Program-made: the position numbers and the translations under genes | In this document: positions 26,821-34,661 of the stretch, piece by piece | Layout: every line of letters starts with the position of its first letter | Numbering within the stretch: the first letter of the stretch is position 1 | Origin: Firmicutes bacterium CAG:582 | GTDB taxonomy: Bacteria > Bacillota_I > Bacilli_A > RF39 > UBA660 | Direction: 5' to 3' | Assembly (NCBI GenBank): GCA_000435515.1 | Contig: FR884179.1 | Location: forward strand, 2,780-66,779 | DNA length: 64,000 bases | The notes under the pieces: generated by a model | What the model saw: only the letters and a program-made list of their open reading frames with translations | The model's database searches: none | What the model was told of the DNA's origin: nothing

Positions 26821-27969
26821 CTATTTTGTGCTTGCAACCAATGAAGTTCCATTTGTTATACTTTCAGCAATAGTCATCATTTCACTAGAATTTAATGTAT
26901 TGCTAGTTAAATAGAAATCTACTCCACTTGCACTCCAGTAAACTGAGTTATCTCCTAGTGCCCCAATTGTATTACCTAATATTACTGGTTCTCCATTAAC
27001 TGGAACAATTTCCATTTCATCATTAATTTTACTTGCTTCTTCTACTAATATAAATGGATCTACTCCAGCAAATGTCAAGATAACACGTTCACCATCATCA
27101 GTACTAACTTTATCCTTTGAATGAAGATATGTATCTGTTGGAACATATAAAGGATAAATTATATCATCAAGAACATTTCCAGTAGTTTCAGTTTTCTTAC
27201 ATTTATCTTTACATGTATCATCACTACAAGTGCTTATACAATCTTCTTCAGTTTTTTTATTTTCTTCTGTAGTTTTATTATCGGTTGTTTCAGTAGTTTT
27301 ATTTGTATCTTTATCTGTAGTTTTATTATTCTTTGAACTATCAGTTTCTTTAACTAGTGTATCTAATTTAAAATAATTTGAATCAAATTTTGGAGAATAG
27401 TTAATACTATTAACTTTAACTTTTAATAAAGAAACTCCTTCAGAATTTTTAACATTAATTTCTTTAATATCAAATTTCTTATCAGTTATAATAGTTTCTC
27501 TTTCAAGCTTTTGATTATTAGGATAATTAACTGATGAATCTATTTCATATCCACCATTAATCTCTTTAATAGTCGCTTTAGCATCATTATTAACGTCATT
27601 AATTAAAGACTCTATTAAATATGCTTGACTTGAATTACTTGGCCACTCACTCATGAATTTAAAACTTTTATTTAAGTTAGGTGTAACAACGTAAACCCCC
27701 TCAGAATTTTTTAATATTACTTGTTCATGATTGTTGATTGTATTCACTAAGCTAACTTTATAATTAGTTTTATTATCAACGCCAACTTTTATATTATAAG
27801 TAAATTCATCTTCATTACTTACAATAACCATCTCTCCAGTTAATTCATAACTATTTTTCTTCCCATTATAATCCTTAAATGACTTCATCAAGTCTTTAGT
27901 ATTGTTCATACATCCTGTTAAAAGGAAAACACTTAGGATTATAAATACTACCTTTTTTATATTAATCAC
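26821..27969 (-). CDS. lipoprotein, LolA-like fold / DUF4367-like C-terminus
   Basis: Lipobox LLTGCMN. A Thr/Lys/Cys-rich linker (CISTCSDDTCKDKCKK). The family call is tentative. Confidence 0.45.
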   Translation of the reverse strand: MINIKKVVFIILSVFLLTGCMNNTKDLMKSFKDYNGKKNSYELTGEMVIVSNEDEFTYNIKVGVDNKTNYKVSLVNTINNHEQVILKNSEGVYVVTPNLNKSFKFMSEWPSNSSQAYLIESLINDVNNDAKATIKEINGGYEIDSSVNYPNNQKLERETIITDKKFDIKEINVKNSEGVSLLKVKVNSINYSPKFDSNYFKLDTLVKETDSSKNNKTTDKDTNKTTETTDNKTTEENKKTEEDCISTCSDDTCKDKCKKTETTGNVLDDIIYPLYVPTDTYLHSKDKVSTDDGERVILTFAGVDPFILVEEASKINDEMEIVPVNGEPVILGNTIGALGDNSVYWSASGVDFYLTSNTLNSSEMMTIAESITNGTSLVASTK

Positions 27970-28005
27970 CCTTTCCTAATTAATTACTATGTCAAAAAGA
28001 TGTTT

Positions 28006-28031
28006 TTAATAACTAAAAAAGGAAAGTATTT
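28006..28031 (-). terminator. rho-independent terminator after the proS-like gene
   Basis: Minus strand: GGAAAGU-UAAAAU-ACUUUCC followed by U6. Confidence 0.6.
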
Positions 28032-28054
28032 TAACTTTCCATTAAATGACATTT

Positions 28055-29323
28055 CTAATTAAAATAATTTAAAACTAAATCAATATCAATATTATCTTTA
28101 GTTCCAAGTTGTATATCTTCTATCTCAATATTCTTACCATCAAATTTATTTCCTAAAACAATTAATTTTGGAGTTCCCAATAAAGAAACATCATTAATTC
28201 TATTACCTAATGAAAGATTTTCCCTATCATCAATTATAGCAGATATACCATGACTACTTAATACATCATATAAATTTTCAGCCACATTCTTATTATTTTC
28301 TGAATATATTATATGAACTTTATATGGAGCTATTTCATATGGTATTACAAAACCCTTTATCTTTCCATTTTTATATACCAAATTATTTTCTATGATAGTT
28401 GCCAATATTCTTCCTAATCCAATTCCGTAACATCCCATATAAAATGGCTTACTATTTCCACATTCATCTTGGTAGAATAATTTCATACTTTCTGAATACT
28501 TTGTGCCAAGTTCAAAATTATTTCCTAGTTCGACTGAGTTAACTTCAATCAAATCTTCCAACTTCAAATTGTCAAGCTGATTAATAAAGGTTTCTTTATC
28601 TTCAAATGACAAAACTTCTTTATTTATACCAATCTTTTTTTCCTTATCATATAAGATGATATCTTCACCTAATGAAGTAGGAGCTTGAAATTCTTCTGAG
28701 ACTCTACCTCCCATTGTTCCACCATCACTTATAACTGATATAACATTTATTCCAAGTCTTTTAAAAATATTAATATAAACATCATGCATTTTATTAAAAG
28801 TTTTATGCATATCCTCTTCGTTTTTATCAAAAGAGTATGCATCCATCATTACAAAGGTCCTAGGTCTAAATAAATATCCTCTAGTTCTAATTTCTTTTCT
28901 AAACTTTTCTCCTATTTGATAATAGATAGTTGGAAGTTGTCTATATGATAATAATCTATTAGCCCCAAATATAGTTGCACATTCCTCTGCTGTAGGGGCA
29001 AGTCCATATTCTCCAAGGTTATTTTTAAAATTAAACATTATATCTTTTTCAACTGTATATTGATTCCATCTGTTTGATTTTTCCCAAATACTTTTTGGTT
29101 GTAATTTAGGCCATTCAACCTGAATACAATCAGCTTTATCTAATTCCTCAATTATGATATTTTCTACTATTTTCTCAAATTTGGTCCATATATTTCCGTA
29201 ACCATAAATTCCACTTTCAAATTGATATAATTCACCTATTTTTAATAAAATATCTTGTGCTGAATAATTTTTATCAACATCTTCAAGATTTATTTTTTTT
29301 ATATTTAATTTACTTAATCTCAT
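28055..29323 (-). CDS. proS: proline--tRNA ligase-like class II aaRS, short form without the INS editing domain
   Basis: Motif 2 region YRQLPTIYYQIGEKFRKEIRTRGYLFRPRTFVMMDAYSF. Motif 3 GCYGIGLGRILATIIE. C-terminal anticodon-binding domain. Preceded by a T-box whose candidate specifier is CCU. Confidence 0.75.
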   Translation of the reverse strand: MRLSKLNIKKINLEDVDKNYSAQDILLKIGELYQFESGIYGYGNIWTKFEKIVENIIIEELDKADCIQVEWPKLQPKSIWEKSNRWNQYTVEKDIMFNFKNNLGEYGLAPTAEECATIFGANRLLSYRQLPTIYYQIGEKFRKEIRTRGYLFRPRTFVMMDAYSFDKNEEDMHKTFNKMHDVYINIFKRLGINVISVISDGGTMGGRVSEEFQAPTSLGEDIILYDKEKKIGINKEVLSFEDKETFINQLDNLKLEDLIEVNSVELGNNFELGTKYSESMKLFYQDECGNSKPFYMGCYGIGLGRILATIIENNLVYKNGKIKGFVIPYEIAPYKVHIIYSENNKNVAENLYDVLSSHGISAIIDDRENLSLGNRINDVSLLGTPKLIVLGNKFDGKNIEIEDIQLGTKDNIDIDLVLNYFN

Positions 29324-29394
29324 AAAATTATCCTCTCTTTCTATAATTTATATTTCAATCAAACGGTCGTTTTATTCTCATTCCTATTTTCCTT

Positions 29395-29606
29395 TCAAAA
29401 AAAAAGAATGATACCTAAGGAGTGCAAAAAGCACGGTACCATCCTACTATTAACTTAATTTAAATAACGGTATTACCGAAAATGTTTACATTTCACTCAA
29501 AAGATAGGAACTAATTATCCATATAACTTGTTCACACTATACCAAGCTCACTTTTATATTTCTTAATTAGCATTTCTTTATCATCGATTTAATAATAATT
29601 TGATTT
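29395..29606 (-). promoter_or_regulatory. T-box riboswitch leader (candidate Pro/CCU specifier) with terminator
   Basis: Minus strand has the T-box sequence AGUAGGAUGGUACCGUGC (29431-29448). The terminator GGAUGGUACC...GGUAUCAUUC is followed by U9. Candidate specifier GUU-CCU-A lies at 29506-29508. Promoter TTGATA-17-TAAAAT at 29613-29641. Confidence 0.75.
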
Positions 29607-29775
29607 TTGAATATTTTATGTAAAGATACAAAGTATATCAATACTATCATAGGATCTTCCATCAAATAATATTCATTGAGTTGACGTTTATAATGCCGCT
29701 TCCTGCTTAATTATAAACTATTGATAATTTTTTTGCAAATTTAACAATATAACAAGATAAATACTTTTTAATATC

Positions 29776-30561
29776 TTATTTTTTACATATGCATAACATG
29801 TGATTACTATATCCTTGTAATTCCTCTCTTTCACATGTAGATAAATGATATCTTACCCATACTTCAAATTCTTCATCACTTAAAGAATCAATTTTTTCTT
29901 TAAAATGATGAGATAATCCATCAGTTGCGATATTTTTTACTAAAGTTACATTGTGTTTTGCCATAATATCTTTAAATTCCTTAATATAAAATGCTGAGAA
30001 TATACCACCTGGGTAATTAATCATTTTAAAGTTTTTATCAAAGTCATTTGGATAACCATCAATTAAATGGTCTTTCTTTAATGCCCAATTAACAAATATT
30101 GAATCACTTGTTAAATAAGCGATAGCAACATATCCATCTTTCTTTGTAATTCTAATAGCTTCTTCTATTGCTTTATTAATATCAGTTTCATTATATAAGT
30201 GATAAAGTGGGCCAAGAACCAAAGTTACATCAAATGTGTTATCATTAAATCTTGATAAATCTAAAGCATCACCTTGTTCTGCATCGATATCCATGTTAGG
30301 TGTAATTTTGCTTTTTAAAATATCTACATTATGTTGAACAAATTCAATCGCGTTTACCTTGTACCCTTTATTAGCATAATATAATGAATACCTTCCAGTT
30401 CCTGCCCCTACTTCTAAAATTCTATCTCCATTTTTTAATAAATCATCAATATATTTTGTTGTTGTAATAAATTCTATACTACCATGTTTGCTTAATAATC
30501 TTTCTTCTTCATCACAATCTTCATTGTAAAATTTATTTAAGTTTACTGTTCTTTCGTCCAT
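29776..30561 (-). CDS. class I SAM-dependent methyltransferase
   Basis: Motif I ILEVGAGTGRYSL, followed by the acidic loop and post-I motifs. Confidence 0.8.
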   Translation of the reverse strand: MDERTVNLNKFYNEDCDEEERLLSKHGSIEFITTTKYIDDLLKNGDRILEVGAGTGRYSLYYANKGYKVNAIEFVQHNVDILKSKITPNMDIDAEQGDALDLSRFNDNTFDVTLVLGPLYHLYNETDINKAIEEAIRITKKDGYVAIAYLTSDSIFVNWALKKDHLIDGYPNDFDKNFKMINYPGGIFSAFYIKEFKDIMAKHNVTLVKNIATDGLSHHFKEKIDSLSDEEFEVWVRYHLSTCEREELQGYSNHMLCICKK

Positions 30562-30568
30562 AATTTAC

Positions 30569-31075
30569 CTACTTTCTTTTTAAATTGAAATATACATCAT
30601 CAACTTGCATGCCATTTCTTTCAACGACATTTTTTTCTCGCTTATATTCTTCAAAGCCTAATTGAACCATGCAATTAAGTGATCTTTCATTATCAGAAAA
30701 TACGATTGAATATATTTCATCTAGATTCAATACGTCAAATCCATAATTGATTAACCCTTTAATAATATCTTTCGCATAATGTTTCCCTTGCATTTTCTTT
30801 CTGATAGTTATTCCGATTTCTCCTCTATTATTATCTATTTCATTGAAAGAGCAATTACCAATATATTCTAAAGTCTCAGAATCATAAACAGAAAAAGTAT
30901 TATCTTCTTGATGAGCATTTATCCATTCAATTTCACTTTCTTTTGTAATTACTCTCTTTTTAGTGGACAACATTGATTGTATGCTTTCATCATTCATCAT
31001 TTCAACCATATCATCAACATTTTCTATATTTGGTCTTGCAAATATACATTTACCATATCTAAATATTTTTATCAT
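30569..31075 (-). CDS. GNAT family N-acetyltransferase
   Basis: ...RKKMQGKHYAKDIIKGLINYGF... and NERSLNCMVQLGFE, typical GNAT motifs A and B. Confidence 0.75.
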   Translation of the reverse strand: MIKIFRYGKCIFARPNIENVDDMVEMMNDESIQSMLSTKKRVITKESEIEWINAHQEDNTFSVYDSETLEYIGNCSFNEIDNNRGEIGITIRKKMQGKHYAKDIIKGLINYGFDVLNLDEIYSIVFSDNERSLNCMVQLGFEEYKREKNVVERNGMQVDDVYFNLKRK

Positions 31076-31148
31076 TATTCTTCACCTCCATTAAATTGCC
31101 CCTACTATTTTAGATAATTATAACATATAGTCTTTTGCTTTTAAAATA

Positions 31149-31184
31149 TAAAAAAGCACAATAATAATATTGCTTTATTGTGCT
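31149..31184 (-). terminator. rho-independent terminator after the 31191..31616 gene
   Basis: Minus strand: AGCACAAUAA-loop-UUAUUGUGCU followed by U6. Confidence 0.6.
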
Positions 31185-31190
31185 TCTGAC

Positions 31191-31616
31191 TTAGTTAAAT
31201 TGTCCCTTTCTTTGCCTTGAAAGTATTGGTCCCTTTTTCTTTGCCCATTTAAACGGACTTCCTACTCCATAATAATTTGGTTCACTGTCAAAACCTTGTT
31301 TATCCTCAAAGCCATATAAATATGCCATGTCATTACTGTATCTAATCATCCCATTTGCTTTTAAATATGCAAATAAATTTTCCTCAATATCATAATCTTC
31401 AATTAATTGACATTGTTCATTGTGACATGCAGCAACATCATACTCAGAATAATTTTCATCATCTCTTATTCCAAATCTTGGTTTTAAAGTGATGCTTATA
31501 AATGAATCAATCTCTAGTGTTGGACAACTCATTGTATTATCATCATACACAATAAATTCAATGACTATGCCATCAAATGATTTCGCATAAAATCTACCAA
31601 TTTCTTGTCTTTCCAT
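31191..31616 (-). CDS. hypothetical protein (141 aa)
   Basis: ORF with a GGAAAGGAAGTG SD-like region. No recognisable motif. Preceded by a structured leader. Confidence 0.45.
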   Translation of the reverse strand: MERQEIGRFYAKSFDGIVIEFIVYDDNTMSCPTLEIDSFISITLKPRFGIRDDENYSEYDVAACHNEQCQLIEDYDIEENLFAYLKANGMIRYSNDMAYLYGFEDKQGFDSEPNYYGVGSPFKWAKKKGPILSRQRKGQFN

Positions 31617-31787
31617 AAAATTTCACTTCCTTTCCTTTTTCGTGGAACAAAAAAAGCCACGAAAATATTTTTCGTGACTCCAATTAGATTGTGTAGGCTC
31701 TTTTACCATTAGCCCGAGATAGCTCACATTAATGCTTATATCTCCTCACTTGCCTAACAATTATACACTATTTTTTACTTTTGTCAA
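31617..31787 (-). promoter_or_regulatory. consensus promoter plus ~135-nt structured leader with intrinsic terminator (unclassified cis-regulatory RNA)
   Basis: Minus strand: TTGACA (31782-31787), 16 nt, TATAAT (31760-31765). The leader is locally GC-richer than its surroundings. Terminator CACGAAAA-AUA-UUUUCGUG plus GCU7 (31649-31678) lies ~35 nt before the ATG. Confidence 0.55.
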
Positions 31788-31826
31788 ATTATTATTTAAA
31801 TTACTAAAAAATTATTGATCAGCAAA

Positions 31827-32690
31827 CTATTTATTGCCAATTATTACTTTACCATCTAAGTTACATATATAACAATCCGGTAATTTTGAATTAATATAAC
31901 TTAATGCTTGTTTATCATTTTCAATTTTTTTACCAACTAAAACACCTTCAATTAGTCTTGGTGTAATTCCAAACATTATAGCAGCTTCTCTATCAGTCGT
32001 AGCAGCATTAAAATTTCCTTGAAGCATTTCAGGTAAAAAATAATTTGAGCAAAAATATTTCATAATGTCTTCTGTTCGATATTCAGGATTCCATACATCT
32101 TGCTTTGATACTTCTTCTGCATAATCACTCTCCATATTTAAAATAAACGCAATTTGGTTTTTATTTGAAAATAAACTTGGTACAAATCTTACTTCTTTTG
32201 TTTGTTCAGCACTCCATTGCCATACATCAGGTTCATTATTAAGCTCAACAAACCTTTTCTCTATTTTTCCACATGGAACCAATTCATAATAATCAGTTAA
32301 ACCTCTTTTTCTATCTCCGACTCTATATCTAATAGTTACACCACTATATAAAGTAATATAATCTTTTAAATACATATCTTCTTTTATATTCCACATACCC
32401 ACGCTATTTAAAATTTTCACTGTAGGTCTACCATTAAAGTCGCCACCGATAAAACCATTATCGCATACAAAATCAAAAATTTTAAAATTATTATATGAGT
32501 CTGATGATCCACCTAATCCGTGAATAAATGCACCTTTTTTTAAAAACACATCATCACCAACAATGTATTTATTTTTTTTGATTTCAACATTCTCTTGATA
32601 ATACAATTCCACATTTCTTAATAATAATTCTTTTGCTCGACCATTAAATCTTTCCTTAATAAATTGCTCATATTCTTCCTTAGTTTTCAT
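31827..32690 (-). CDS. hypothetical protein (287 aa)
   Basis: Long ORF with no recognised motif. Confidence 0.4.
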   Translation of the reverse strand: MKTKEEYEQFIKERFNGRAKELLLRNVELYYQENVEIKKNKYIVGDDVFLKKGAFIHGLGGSSDSYNNFKIFDFVCDNGFIGGDFNGRPTVKILNSVGMWNIKEDMYLKDYITLYSGVTIRYRVGDRKRGLTDYYELVPCGKIEKRFVELNNEPDVWQWSAEQTKEVRFVPSLFSNKNQIAFILNMESDYAEEVSKQDVWNPEYRTEDIMKYFCSNYFLPEMLQGNFNAATTDREAAIMFGITPRLIEGVLVGKKIENDKQALSYINSKLPDCYICNLDGKVIIGNK

Positions 32691-32789
32691 AATTTTTCCT
32701 CCTTATATTCATTTATAATTATACCTTTTTAGCTACCTTCTAACTTTATAAGTTTGGTGCAACCACTATTTTTTTCAAATTATAAGCAA

Positions 32790-32863
32790 ATAAAATAACA
32801 AGTGATATTTAATATTATATACAAAACCCGGATTTTGTCAACATAAAATAACAAGTGATATTT
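32790..32863 (+). repeat. two exact 21-bp direct repeats ATAAAATAACAAGTGATATTT, 53 bp apart, in a divergent promoter region
   Basis: Copies at 32790-32810 and 32843-32863. An inverted repeat ACAAAA-cccgga-TTTTGT lies between them. The second copy sits in a TTGTCA-17-(TGa)TATTTT promoter-like context. Confidence 0.7.
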
Positions 32864-32966
32864 TATAACAATAAAATTATATTTGAGACTCTTTCTAATT
32901 TTAAAATATTTCTATGTATAAAATCTTAAAAGCAATACAAAATAATACTAGAAATGAGGTGAAGGT

Positions 32967-33167
32967 ATGAATACATTACAAAAAGTGTGTTTAGTAGTTA
33001 CCATTATTGGTGCAATTAACTGGGGATTTATCGGTTTACTCGAAGTAAACTTGGTTGAATCATTGTTTGGAGTTGGAACTGTTGTTTCAAGAATAATCTA
33101 CTCTTTAGTTGGTTTAACTGGACTAATAAATGTTGGTATTTTATTCACTCATTTGGATGAAGATTAA
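32967..33167 (+). CDS. DUF378 family small membrane protein
   Basis: VVTIIGAINWGFIGLLEVNLVESLFG matches the DUF378 signature. GAGGTGAAGG SD. Confidence 0.75.
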   Translation: MNTLQKVCLVVTIIGAINWGFIGLLEVNLVESLFGVGTVVSRIIYSLVGLTGLINVGILFTHLDED

Positions 33168-33171
33168 AAAA

Positions 33172-33205
33172 ATAAGTACTTAAGAATTTAAACTTAAGTA
33201 CTTAT
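33172..33205. terminator. bidirectional terminator between the DUF378 gene and rpe
   Basis: AUAAGUACUUAAG-loop-CUUAAGUACUUAU, flanked by an A-run and a U-run. Confidence 0.65.
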
Positions 33206-33207
33206 TT

Positions 33208-33831
33208 TTATTTTAAAGAATCTATTTTTTCTTGAAAATTATCACTCATACAAATATAAGAACCACTTACTAAAACATCAGCTGAATTCAAAAATACTCG
33301 ACTTTCTAAATTAACTCCACCATCAATAGAAACAAGATAGTTATAGTTTTTTTCATGTTTCAATTTTTGTAAAATATCTAATTTTTCAATTGTTTCAGGA
33401 ATCATCTTTTGTCCACCTAAACCAGGATTAACACTCATTACTAAAACATATTCAACATTATCAAGGCATTCAACATTCATAACTCTAGTTTTAGGATTTA
33501 TTGCAATACCCGCACCAATATTATAAGAATGAATTAAATCAATATATTTTTTATAATCTGGAATTTCTGCATGAACAGAGATAAATCTAGGATTCAATTT
33601 TTTTAAAACCTCAATATAATTTGTAGGATTTTCAACCATTAAATGTATATCCAATGGTTTTTTTATACCTTTTAAACAATCTAAAAACTCATATTCATTC
33701 ATTGTTTTTTCACTTGTAAATTTTCCATCCATTATATCAACATGAATAAAATCAGCAGTAGTTTCATCAAGTTTTTCTAATGTATCTCTTACATCAGTTT
33801 TGTTTTTTAAAAAGGAAACCGATATTTTCAT
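33208..33831 (-). CDS. rpe: ribulose-phosphate 3-epimerase
   Basis: ...ADFIHVDIMDGKF...HLMV...MSVNPGLGGQK...IDGGVN, the Rpe TIM-barrel motifs. Conserved position after rsgA. Confidence 0.85.
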   Translation of the reverse strand: MKISVSFLKNKTDVRDTLEKLDETTADFIHVDIMDGKFTSEKTMNEYEFLDCLKGIKKPLDIHLMVENPTNYIEVLKKLNPRFISVHAEIPDYKKYIDLIHSYNIGAGIAINPKTRVMNVECLDNVEYVLVMSVNPGLGGQKMIPETIEKLDILQKLKHEKNYNYLVSIDGGVNLESRVFLNSADVLVSGSYICMSDNFQEKIDSLK

Positions 33832-34661
33832 TCCATCACCATCTTTTTATAATTTTCATATCTAGATTCAAGTATTACTTTGTTTTCTACATCTTCTAAG
33901 ACTTTACAACCAATTTCATTTATATGTTTACAATCTCTAAATTTACATTCATCATTTTTAAATTCTTTAAAAGCAAATTTAATATTTTCCTTTGGTACAT
34001 GAATATCTAAAGCTGAAAATCCTGGAGTATCAATAAAATAGATATCATTTATTTCAAAAAGTTCAACATGTCTAGTTGTATGTTTACCTCTACCTAAAGC
34101 TTCACTTATATCATCAGTTTTAAGATTTAAAGTTGGATCTAATTTGTTTATAAATGTTGATTTACCAGCACCAGTTTGACCAGTCAAAGTGACTGTTTTA
34201 CCTTTTAAATATTCAAACAAGCATGAATATTCAGTATTTAAAATAGTTTTATAGCCAACACTTTTATAATAATTTATTATATTATCAAATTCTTTTCTTT
34301 CTTCTTCAGTTAACAAATCATATTTACTGAAAACTATAATTGGTTCAATATCTGATAAAATAATATTAGTAAGCATCTTATCCAAAAGAAGAGATGAAAA
34401 GTCGGGATGTTTTAAACTAGTAACTATTAAACAAACATCTACATTAGCAACCCTAGGTCTTAAGAGTTCATTTCTTCTACTATATATATCAATTATATAT
34501 TTATTATCAAAATCAACTTTTACTCGATCACCAACTAAAGGAGTAAGCCCCATATTACGGAACTTACCCCTAGCTTGACAATCTACAAAAACATTATCAC
34601 ATTTTACAGTAAAAAGATTGCTTATAATTCTAACTATTATACCATCCATATAACTATTCAA
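33828..34661 (-). CDS. rsgA: ribosome small-subunit-dependent GTPase A
   Basis: Circularly permuted GTPase: FSKYDL, GQTGAGKSTFINKL, and the zinc knuckle CKFRDCKHINEIGC. Confidence 0.9.
   Translation of the reverse strand: MNSYMDGIIVRIISNLFTVKCDNVFVDCQARGKFRNMGLTPLVGDRVKVDFDNKYIIDIYSRRNELLRPRVANVDVCLIVTSLKHPDFSSLLLDKMLTNIILSDIEPIIVFSKYDLLTEEERKEFDNIINYYKSVGYKTILNTEYSCLFEYLKGKTVTLTGQTGAGKSTFINKLDPTLNLKTDDISEALGRGKHTTRHVELFEINDIYFIDTPGFSALDIHVPKENIKFAFKEFKNDECKFRDCKHINEIGCKVLEDVENKVILESRYENYKKMVME

Noticed and set aside
29357-29383. 8-codon mini-ORF (MRIKRPFD) after the proS T-box terminator, considered as a Pro-sensing leader peptide by analogy with the tyrS uORF
   Set aside because: It has only one Pro codon, a weak SD, and no overlap with the proS initiation region. 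It is indistinguishable from chance.
31680-31752. Resemblance of the orphan leader (UAGGCAAGUGAGG...GCUAAUGG...GCCUAC) to the fluoride (crcB) riboswitch
   Set aside because: It is only a patchy string similarity. The P1 hairpin and the pseudoknot pairing of the crcB motif cannot be formed, the element is about twice as long, and the downstream gene is not a fluoride transporter.
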